Source: a virus. From it: a stretch of 56,428 nt of DNA. Where the stretch lies: IMG/VR virus record IMGVR_UViG_3300046051_000019, positions 1-56,428 of that record; one strand, given 5' to 3'. Below, in pieces: positions 9,191 through 15,942 of this stretch (position 1 is the stretch's first letter; each line of letters opens with the position of its first letter). Position numbers and translations under genes: made by a program. The notes below the pieces were generated by a model. The model saw only the letters and a list, made by a program, of their open reading frames with translations, searched no databases and was not told the origin of the DNA.

Positions 9191-9598
9191 ATGCCAGACG
9201 CAGACGAACTAGACGAACAGTACACCGCGGACGAGCTCCGGCGCGGCCCAGCGATCGGCGTCACAGGTCGCTGGGACATGACGAAGCAAGAACTCATCGA
9301 CGCCATCACCGAGGAGACCGGTGTCGAGCGAGTCACCGACGAAGCGTTTCAAGGCGTGCACGATGTCGAGCCTGGCGACACCGTCGAGATGAACCATCTC
9401 CAAGCCGTGCTCACCGTCACCGACGTCGAGCGAAGCGAACACCGCGTCGCGATCGAGATGGAAACGACTCACGGCGGTCGCCACAGACTCGTGTACGACG
9501 AGTTCGAGATCCCGCACCTCGAGCGCTGGCGTGCGAACGACGACAAGTGGATGAAAAACAGTACTGACCCGGAGTACTTCCGAGTCGTTCAGGACTGA
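9191..9598 (+). CDS. Hypothetical protein (possible Rho_N/SAP-like motif MTKQELIDAITEETG)
   Basis: ATG lies 8 nt after the GGAGGTCCC box. Confidence 0.6.
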   Translation: MPDADELDEQYTADELRRGPAIGVTGRWDMTKQELIDAITEETGVERVTDEAFQGVHDVEPGDTVEMNHLQAVLTVTDVERSEHRVAIEMETTHGGRHRLVYDEFEIPHLERWRANDDKWMKNSTDPEYFRVVQD

Positions 9599-10248
9599 AA
9601 CGCAATTTCTTTCGCGTCACCGAGCTGCTCTCGATAAATATGAGCGGACGTCATGACGTGCTCGTGGCGACCGATCTCAGCATCGATCTCCTCTGCGAGC
9701 TCGTGGTGGTAATGACCGAATACCCCGACGTCCATCGGGTACGCGAACATCAAGTCCTGTGACCTGTTATACGTGAAGCAATGTAAGTACGTCCCGTTCC
9801 CGTTCTCGTCCGCGCGGATCATCCACTGCACGCGGCTCGTGCACGGCGAGTCCGGGGCACCGCCGAATTGGCTCGTCGCTTTCCGGGTACCGTGGTCACG
9901 GGTTAAGAGCTCGATCCATTTCTCCCAATCCGCGCTAATTCGTTTCCTGATGACGTCTTCGTAGAACGTCCCGTCGTCGAGATCCAGTCTCGTGTCGAGC
10001 TCACTCGATGCTGTGAACTCGGGTTCCTCGCCGCTCCGCACGGTTTCTATTTCGCTCCATAAGTAGTCGTGTCGTGGGTCGTCTTCGCTCCAGACGACGT
10101 ATTCATCCGGGGTGTGCGCGGTGACGCAGTAGTTCTGTAGTTCGAGCGTCTCGAAGCCCCGGGTCTCGACGCGTTGTCCGTGTTGGATAACTGATCGAAG
10201 CACTGATGGGTAGGAGTCGGCGACGTTCGCGACGTATAGTTCGTGCAC
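9589..10248 (-). CDS. Thymidylate-synthase (ThyA) family pyrimidine C5 transferase, paralogue 1. Asp at the base-specificity position suggests a dCMP substrate.
   Basis: SPCTSRVQWMI carries the catalytic Cys. YNRSQDLMFAYPMDV aligns with YQRSxDxxLGxPFNI, with N replaced by D. The GTG start lies 27 nt after AAACTTAAT. Confidence 0.7.
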   Translation of the reverse strand: MHELYVANVADSYPSVLRSVIQHGQRVETRGFETLELQNYCVTAHTPDEYVVWSEDDPRHDYLWSEIETVRSGEEPEFTASSELDTRLDLDDGTFYEDVIRKRISADWEKWIELLTRDHGTRKATSQFGGAPDSPCTSRVQWMIRADENGNGTYLHCFTYNRSQDLMFAYPMDVGVFGHYHHELAEEIDAEIGRHEHVMTSAHIYREQLGDAKEIAFQS

Positions 10249-10327
10249 GGTTCGTGGTAAGGAACGAGTAACATTAAGTTTTTCTCTTACAGTTACATTT
10301 ATCAATACTCGGTGTTTAACACCGTAC
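10249..10327. promoter_or_regulatory. Divergent promoter region with two outward TATA boxes
   Basis: Minus strand reads TGTAAGAGAAAAACTTAAT and plus strand ACATTTATCAAT. Each lies about 27 nt from its start codon (10248 and 10328). Confidence 0.5.
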
Positions 10328-10945
10328 ATGAGGTCCGTATGGCAGAACTTTCAAGACGGCGTGTCTCACTGCTCGGAGTGCCCCGGGCAAGAAGCACCGT
10401 ACCCACTTGGCGGTATCGGTAACCATGGCGCCGACGTGATGCTCGTCGGGCAAGAACCAGCGTACAACGTCGACGACGACACGGTTACCACGGAGATGAA
10501 CTGGCTCGACGCAGTAGCTACGATGATACAGAACCGTCGTGACTCCATGAACCCGCTCTGGAAACACATGATGAACGTCGCTGTCGCGGCGGAGTGCTCG
10601 CCAACCGATCTCTACTTCACGAATATCAGCAAATGTTCAACAGACAATACATCGTTTAGCGACTGCCTCGAACATTGCAGAGGGTACTTCCCACGCGAAG
10701 TCGCACAGGTCGATCCAGACGTCATGCTACTATACGGTGGGAAAGTCATCAGTACGGTGTTCGACATGTTCGACATCGAGTGGAGCGGGTCAGTTGGTGA
10801 CGTGCACGGCGAGATCCATGAAACGTCGAGCCTGAAACTCGCCGCGTTCTACCACTGGGGCTACATTTATAGACAGGGGGATCTAACGTCTTACCGCGAA
10901 GAGGTGACCAACGTTGTCCAAGACACTGTATCAGCGGAGAACTGA
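10328..10945 (+). CDS. Uracil-DNA glycosylase superfamily protein (family 4/5-like)
   Basis: N-terminal CSEC, motif MLVGQEPAYN in place of GEAPG/GLAPA, then YFTNISKC and HWGY. Confidence 0.6.
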   Translation: MRSVWQNFQDGVSHCSECPGQEAPYPLGGIGNHGADVMLVGQEPAYNVDDDTVTTEMNWLDAVATMIQNRRDSMNPLWKHMMNVAVAAECSPTDLYFTNISKCSTDNTSFSDCLEHCRGYFPREVAQVDPDVMLLYGGKVISTVFDMFDIEWSGSVGDVHGEIHETSSLKLAAFYHWGYIYRQGDLTSYREEVTNVVQDTVSAEN

Positions 10946-10948
10946 TCA

Positions 10949-12193
10949 ATGAGCATCCTCGAAACCGATCTCGCGGACGTTACCCCTGGGGGTCACGCGG
11001 CTCAAGCACTGCTCCACAAGTACGGTCTCGGCGCGCTCTTCGCCGCTAATGTATTAGGTGCCGGGTCAATATACATCTTATCGCAGACCGGCGCCTCAGT
11101 CGGGTTCACGTTGCTCTGGGTGCTACCGCTCGCGTTCGCTGTGGACATGGTGATGCACGACATGTCGTCGCGACTCGCGGTTAGGGATCGACCCCTAATG
11201 GAGTACATCAGTGACGCGCTCCACGAGCTCACTGGGAGTACACGGATCGGCGTCGCGTATGCCATACTGATGGCGCTCGTCATGCAACTCTGGGCCGTGG
11301 CGAACTACGCCGTAGCCGGCGCCGCGTTCTCGTGGTTCACAGGTGTCAACGTGTACGTCGCGATCCTCGCCGCGTCAAGCATCGGTGTCGTGCTCGTGAT
11401 GACGCGCACGTACAACTATATCGAAGCGGTTATCAGTGCGTTGCTCGTAACCGTGTTCGTTTCCTACGCCGCGTTGTCATTCGGGTTAGACGTCAACACG
11501 GCTGATCTCGTCAGTGGGTTCGTGCCCGGCGACGTGTCGAGCGCGACACTCGTCATCGCGATGCTCGGCACCACGATTTACTATCCGAACTTTTTTATCC
11601 AGAGCTCGATGCAACCGACAAAGGAATGGACGTCACTGAGAAAGTATCGTCGCGACAACGCGGTAGGTATCGCGTTCGCGATACTGATCTCAGTCGGGAT
11701 GCTCGTCGTCGCAGCTGTCGCGCTCGAGCCCGGTGAGCTATCCCTCACAGATCCAGCGATACCGCTCGTCGACTCCGTTGGCGCGTGGACGCTTCCCGTG
11801 TTCATGGCAGCTGTGCTCGCCGCGTCGTTCACATCAGCCACTGGGACGCTATTCGGTTCGTCGTTCGCGGTGCCTCAATCGCTCGGGAAGAAAACGATCT
11901 TTGGCGACACTGTGTTCACCGTGGTCACCGTCGTGCTGATCGGTGTCAGCTCGGTGCTATCCATCTTGGCGCTCGAGTTCACGGAGATGACACCGGTCCG
12001 GATGGCTATCACGATGCCAGCGTTGAACGGCGCGATCTTTCTCCCAGTGACGATCTTAGCGATGTACAACGCGACGGCGTACGAGATGGACGCGTGGCAA
12101 AAAACCGTCTCGGCGATCGCTGTCGTCGTCATGTTCGCGGGATCGATCCTCACAGCCGAGTCGCTGTTCGACACAGTGGTGAGCTTCCTATGA
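10949..12193 (+). CDS. NRAMP-family-like integral membrane transporter with non-canonical substrate-site residues
   Basis: About 11 hydrophobic segments. GLGALFAANVLGAGSIYILSQTGASVGFTLLWVL aligns with NRAMP TM1, with GAGS in place of DPGN. TM6 has YYPN in place of MPHN. Confidence 0.65.
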   Translation: MSILETDLADVTPGGHAAQALLHKYGLGALFAANVLGAGSIYILSQTGASVGFTLLWVLPLAFAVDMVMHDMSSRLAVRDRPLMEYISDALHELTGSTRIGVAYAILMALVMQLWAVANYAVAGAAFSWFTGVNVYVAILAASSIGVVLVMTRTYNYIEAVISALLVTVFVSYAALSFGLDVNTADLVSGFVPGDVSSATLVIAMLGTTIYYPNFFIQSSMQPTKEWTSLRKYRRDNAVGIAFAILISVGMLVVAAVALEPGELSLTDPAIPLVDSVGAWTLPVFMAAVLAASFTSATGTLFGSSFAVPQSLGKKTIFGDTVFTVVTVVLIGVSSVLSILALEFTEMTPVRMAITMPALNGAIFLPVTILAMYNATAYEMDAWQKTVSAIAVVVMFAGSILTAESLFDTVVSFL

Positions 12194-12513
12194 CTGACCC
12201 GTATATCCGACAGGTACAAGAAGCCACGCACGCGTGGCGTATGGAGAAATGGCCAGATCTCACGCCGCTCGCGCAACTCGCTGGCACCGACGTCGAGGTA
12301 TCGGAGCTCCTCGAGATGGAGGTGAAGAGCGAGTATTACGACGACGACTGGGCGAGCGAGGAACGATTCAAGGAAGAGATCGGAGACGTCATTATTTACT
12401 TGATGGGGTACTCGTCACTCCGTGGGTTCGACGTCGACGAGTGCGTCGAAGCGGCGCTCGATAAGAACGAGGACCGAGACTGGGAGGAACACATGGAAGC
12501 ACCTGAGCGATGA
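12190..12513 (+). CDS. MazG-like all-alpha NTP pyrophosphohydrolase
   Basis: EVSELLEME...EEIGDVIIYLMGY...ALDKNEDRDW. ATGA coupling to the transporter gene. Confidence 0.7.
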   Translation: MTDPYIRQVQEATHAWRMEKWPDLTPLAQLAGTDVEVSELLEMEVKSEYYDDDWASEERFKEEIGDVIIYLMGYSSLRGFDVDECVEAALDKNEDRDWEEHMEAPER

Positions 12514-12650
12514 CTCGGTGTCCAATCGGTGGTTGTGACAATGCGGTGGAGCCCGGGCCGAATTGTTACGTCGAAGTCGAGCTCAGTAGTGAATCCGTGA
12601 AGAAACTGGTCTGTGAAGACTGCGCGGAGACGTTCAAGGACCATGTTACT
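12510..12650 (+). CDS. Small zinc-ribbon protein (46 aa)
   Basis: MTRCPIGGCDN...CEDCAETF. ATGA coupling. Below the ORF-track length cutoff. Confidence 0.5.
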
Positions 12651-13116
12651 AAGTGACGTATCGATCCGGGAGCGAATCAGTGAAGATATCGTCGTTACGC
12701 CTGAACCGGTAGAGGAACAGTTCCAACCGGCGTCGTTCGACGTCAGGCTCGGAGAGCAACTCTACCACGCGGCGACGGACACGACGAGTGTCGACGGGAA
12801 TAGCCACGTACTCGAGCCACGGGAAGCGTACATCGGGCACACGATGGATTACGTCGAGTTACCGCTCGACGTAGCTGCGCAGTTGACTGGCCGGAGTAGT
12901 ATCGGTCGTCAAGGCGTCATTATCCATAAAACCGCTGGGTGGATAGATCCCGGTTTCCGCGGCGAGATCACGCTCGAGCTCTATAATTTCAGTGAAGACC
13001 CCGTTGTTCTCGACGTCGGTAGCCGCGTCGGTCAACTAGTGTTCTTCCAACTCGACCAAGAGAGCACGGGGTACGATGGACAATTTCAAGATCAACTGGG
13101 CCCGACGGCACGGTGA
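12643..13116 (+). CDS. dcd: dCTP deaminase / dUTPase family protein
   Basis: GRSSIGRQG and AGWIDPGFRGEITLELYN signatures. Confidence 0.8.
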   Translation: MLLSDVSIRERISEDIVVTPEPVEEQFQPASFDVRLGEQLYHAATDTTSVDGNSHVLEPREAYIGHTMDYVELPLDVAAQLTGRSSIGRQGVIIHKTAGWIDPGFRGEITLELYNFSEDPVVLDVGSRVGQLVFFQLDQESTGYDGQFQDQLGPTAR

Positions 13117-13150
13117 CTTGTACGAGTTGCGACTCGACTGGAATGTCAAA

Positions 13151-13170
13151 GTGAAAGAAAGACTTATCAT
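13151..13170 (+). promoter_or_regulatory. GTGAAAGAAAGACTTATCAT promoter box
   Basis: Same AAGACTTAT core as the cassette family. Lies about 30 nt upstream of the ATG at 13198. Confidence 0.5.
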
Positions 13171-13197
13171 GGAGCGTGCCTTAGATCCAACCGGACT

Positions 13198-13413
13198 ATG
13201 GACGACATCGCACCAGCGGAGAAAACCAAGGAGTACAGTCAAGCGAAGACGTACGTCGTCACCGAAGCCGAGACCGAAGCAGATGCTCGACGCAGTGCGG
13301 AGACGCAATATCGCGACGAGATCGAGCACCAATTCCTCATCAAGGACTTACAGGCCTTCGTTCGAACGCACCCAAAGGGCTACGAGGTCGCGGTCGTCGC
13401 GAGACTACAGTGA
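13198..13413 (+). CDS. Hypothetical protein
   Basis: 71-aa ORF located after the promoter box. Confidence 0.55.
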   Translation: MDDIAPAEKTKEYSQAKTYVVTEAETEADARRSAETQYRDEIEHQFLIKDLQAFVRTHPKGYEVAVVARLQ

Positions 13414-15218
13414 TGTTCGAATACGATATCGTCGAGAACGAGTACGGGCCACAACTCGCCGTGTCGTTCCAATACGACGAACGAACAATCGAACAGATCA
13501 AGTCACTGAGCTGGGAGACGACGCATCGAGCATGGTCAGAGGACCACGACGCGTGGCTCATCGATTACACCGAGCAGTCGCTCGAAGAATTCCAAGACCA
13601 AATGAACGTCGTTATCCCGCCGCGATACACGCCCAGCGAGGACCACAGCGGCGTGGTTCATGCAGTGGTTCCAGACGAATACGCGTGGTTCTTCCTTCAA
13701 GACCCGTCGAGCGAGATCGATGATTTACTCTGGCAAGAGCTCGCGTACTGGAACGACGCGTACAAGGAACACCAACAACAATGGATTCGACTCTACGATA
13801 CAGATACCCATGGCGCACCGATCGGTCTCCTCGACAAGACACGGAAGCTCGTCGAGGCGAGTGGCTACGAGTTCACAGTTACGTGGAACGGTGACCGAAA
13901 GGGCGGCGCGGTCCAGCTCGACTGGGAGTTCCCCTCGGAGCTCCGCGGATACCAACGAGACGCGATCAACGCCGTGAAAGCGAATGACGGAGGTATCATC
14001 GCGTTACCAACCGGGACCGGGAAAACCGTCACGGCGATGAAACTCCTCGAGGAAGTGTCGCTCGAGATGGGGCGAGGTATCGTTCTCGTGCACACACAAG
14101 AACTGCTTTATCAATGGGAGAGTGAGATCCGCGATGCGCTACGCGTGGAGCCCGGCGTGATTGGCGATGGGAACTGGAGCGAGGGCCCAGTTACGATCGC
14201 GGTGATGCAGACGTTGATGAGCCGTGGCGTGGACGAGCTCGACGAGTCGTATGGCGTCGCGGTGTTTGACGAGTGTCACAGGACATCAGCGGCGGACACG
14301 ATGCACGACATCGGGATGGATTTAAACGTCGCGATGCGTGTCGGGCTCAGCGCGACGCCGTGGCGTCGGATCGAGGGCGAGGAACTCATGATCGAGGGCG
14401 CGGTTGGCGGCGAGGCGCACACCGTTACCGCCGAGGAAATGATCGACGCCGGGTATCTCTCAGAACCGCGATTCGACGTCATCGACCCTCGAGACTACGG
14501 GCGTGTCGACACCGCTAATACCGGTGAAGCGTATCACGACGCGTACCGTCGCTGTATCAGTCTCACCGCGACGAGGAACCGCGCGATCGCGGCGAAAACC
14601 GCGGAGCTCGCCAACCTAGGGTACCAAGTGTTGGTTAACGTGGATCGTATCAAGCACGGGCGTCTCCTCGAGTACGCATTGAACCGAGACGTCGATCACG
14701 ACGACGTCATTGACGCCGTTGACTTCGACGACGCGCAATCGAGGCGCGAGTTCATCAGCGCGTTGCAAGCGACGAGTCGAGTCGCTGATACGAACGCCGA
14801 GTTCATGCACGGCGCTGATACCACTAAGATCCGTCAGGATACACTCGACGAGTTCCAAAACGGTGACCTCGATATCCTCGTCTCGACGCTATTGAGGGAG
14901 GGCGTCGATATCCCGAACATTAGCGCTATCGTTCTCGCGCAAGCAGGGAAAAGCGACGTCAAGCAAATCCAGGTCATCGGGCGAGCGCTACGACCGAAGA
15001 ACGGCGACCACGCTCGCATCGTGGACGTGAACGATACTGGTCGATACTTTCGCAGTCAATTCGAGAAGCGCATAACCGCGATGCGGGAATACTATGGAGA
15101 GTATGGACCGTCTTTGAGTGACTTCGATGTCGAGCCGACATCGGATGATGGACCACCCGAGTCGCGGAGCTTAACTGACGAGCCACCGGAGTCGTTCGAG
15201 GACCTCTATGATAACTGA
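13413..15218 (+). CDS. Superfamily 2 DNA helicase (Rad25/XPB- or type III res-like)
   Basis: ALPTGTGKT, VFDECHR, GLSATPWR and QVIGRALR motifs. TGATG coupling. Confidence 0.85.
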   Translation: MFEYDIVENEYGPQLAVSFQYDERTIEQIKSLSWETTHRAWSEDHDAWLIDYTEQSLEEFQDQMNVVIPPRYTPSEDHSGVVHAVVPDEYAWFFLQDPSSEIDDLLWQELAYWNDAYKEHQQQWIRLYDTDTHGAPIGLLDKTRKLVEASGYEFTVTWNGDRKGGAVQLDWEFPSELRGYQRDAINAVKANDGGIIALPTGTGKTVTAMKLLEEVSLEMGRGIVLVHTQELLYQWESEIRDALRVEPGVIGDGNWSEGPVTIAVMQTLMSRGVDELDESYGVAVFDECHRTSAADTMHDIGMDLNVAMRVGLSATPWRRIEGEELMIEGAVGGEAHTVTAEEMIDAGYLSEPRFDVIDPRDYGRVDTANTGEAYHDAYRRCISLTATRNRAIAAKTAELANLGYQVLVNVDRIKHGRLLEYALNRDVDHDDVIDAVDFDDAQSRREFISALQATSRVADTNAEFMHGADTTKIRQDTLDEFQNGDLDILVSTLLREGVDIPNISAIVLAQAGKSDVKQIQVIGRALRPKNGDHARIVDVNDTGRYFRSQFEKRITAMREYYGEYGPSLSDFDVEPTSDDGPPESRSLTDEPPESFEDLYDN

Positions 15219-15236
15219 CAGAGAAAGACTTATACC
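15217..15236 (+). promoter_or_regulatory. GACAGAGAAAGACTTATACC promoter driving the tRNA and the structured RNA
   Basis: TATA centre lies about 27-30 nt upstream of the tRNA 5' end at 15261. Confidence 0.55.
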
Positions 15237-15260
15237 GTTACGTGTTTAACTTACACTCGA

Positions 15261-15334
15261 TGCGAGGTAGGACAGCTAGGCTACTCCGCACGGCTCATGC
15301 CCGTGAAACCGATGGTTCGAGTCCATCCCTCGCA
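15261..15334 (+). tRNA. tRNA with CAT anticodon (Met, or Ile if C34 is modified)
   Basis: Hand-folded cloverleaf. Acceptor stem TGCGAGG/CCTCGCA. U8 is present and the D loop has GG. Anticodon stem CACGG/CCGTG with loop CTCATGC. T arm GATGG-TTCGAGT-CCATC. Confidence 0.85.
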
Positions 15335-15339
15335 ACTGC

Positions 15340-15447
15340 CCGGCAACCGTGTCAGTTACTTCGAAAGCTCCCGAACACCCTGACACGGATTCACCCGGGC
15401 TTATGGGAACGACGAAGGGTTCGAGTCCCTCCGTTCTCACTTGCCGG
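15340..15447 (+). ncRNA. Structured tRNA-like RNA module A (three-way junction)
   Basis: Closing stem CCGGCAA/TTGCCGG. A 9-bp hairpin pairs 15347-55 with 15380-88. The minihelix is GGGAACG-acg-AAGGG-TTCGAGT-CCCTC-CGTTCTC at 15405-38. No credible ORF. Confidence 0.55.
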
Positions 15448-15548
15448 AGCGAAAACAGCTCGCCGTCTCGGAAGGGACACATCCAGTGACCGCGTACCGT
15501 CGTGCGGACCTGGAGGACTCGCGGGCACACGACGGGCTCCGGCGCACT

Positions 15549-15613
15549 CGGCAAGGGAACCGGTTACTTCGCATCTAGCGCGAGTGACTCGCGTTCGAAT
15601 CGCGACTTGTCGT
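15549..15613 (+). ncRNA. D-arm-less tRNA-like module B with a 7-nt loop AUCUAGC
   Basis: Acceptor stem CGGCAAG/CTTGTCG. Long stem pairs 15563-72 with 15580-88. T arm TCGCG-TTCGAAT-CGCGA. Confidence 0.4.
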
Positions 15614-15688
15614 GCACAGCACGGCAACGTGGTCTAACACGGCATAAGACACTAACACCCGGTTCCCACTCATCCGAGGTACATACCA

Positions 15689-15940
15689 ATGAACGATTTC
15701 AACGTCGAGGTTAAGAAAGACGACGAGCCACGATTACACGTCCCGAGTGACGCGAGATCCGAGCTCAGCGAGGACGAGATAGCGTCCATCACGCGCCAAG
15801 CGATGGATCGATTCGGCGTCGAGACCATCCCGGAGCTCATCGTCACGACGGAGAAAACCATCGAGGAAGAATACGTTCTCGGGACAGTCGAAATCGTCGA
15901 GGACGGCGTCGTGTTCACCGCGAAGGACGAGAGGTTCTAA
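15689..15940 (+). CDS. Hypothetical acidic protein
   Basis: 83-aa ORF immediately upstream of the TROVE gene. Confidence 0.6.
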   Translation: MNDFNVEVKKDDEPRLHVPSDARSELSEDEIASITRQAMDRFGVETIPELIVTTEKTIEEEYVLGTVEIVEDGVVFTAKDERF

Positions 15941-15942
15941 CC

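Noticed and set aside
15405-15438. The T-arm/acceptor fragments (also at 22994..23017 and 55840..55883) as attP sites copied from host tRNA 3' halves.
   Set aside because: No integrase or recombinase was recognisable anywhere in the genome. There are several different fragments, and two carry their own 5' acceptor strand, which attP cores do not need. This cannot be fully excluded without host genomes.
15242-15637. 131-aa ORF (and antisense ORFs 15276..15554 and 15391..15627) covering the tRNA and the downstream spacer.
   Set aside because: The composition is Arg/Pro/Ala-rich and non-halophilic. The ORF overlaps a canonical tRNA and stable helices. The region is better explained as structured RNA.
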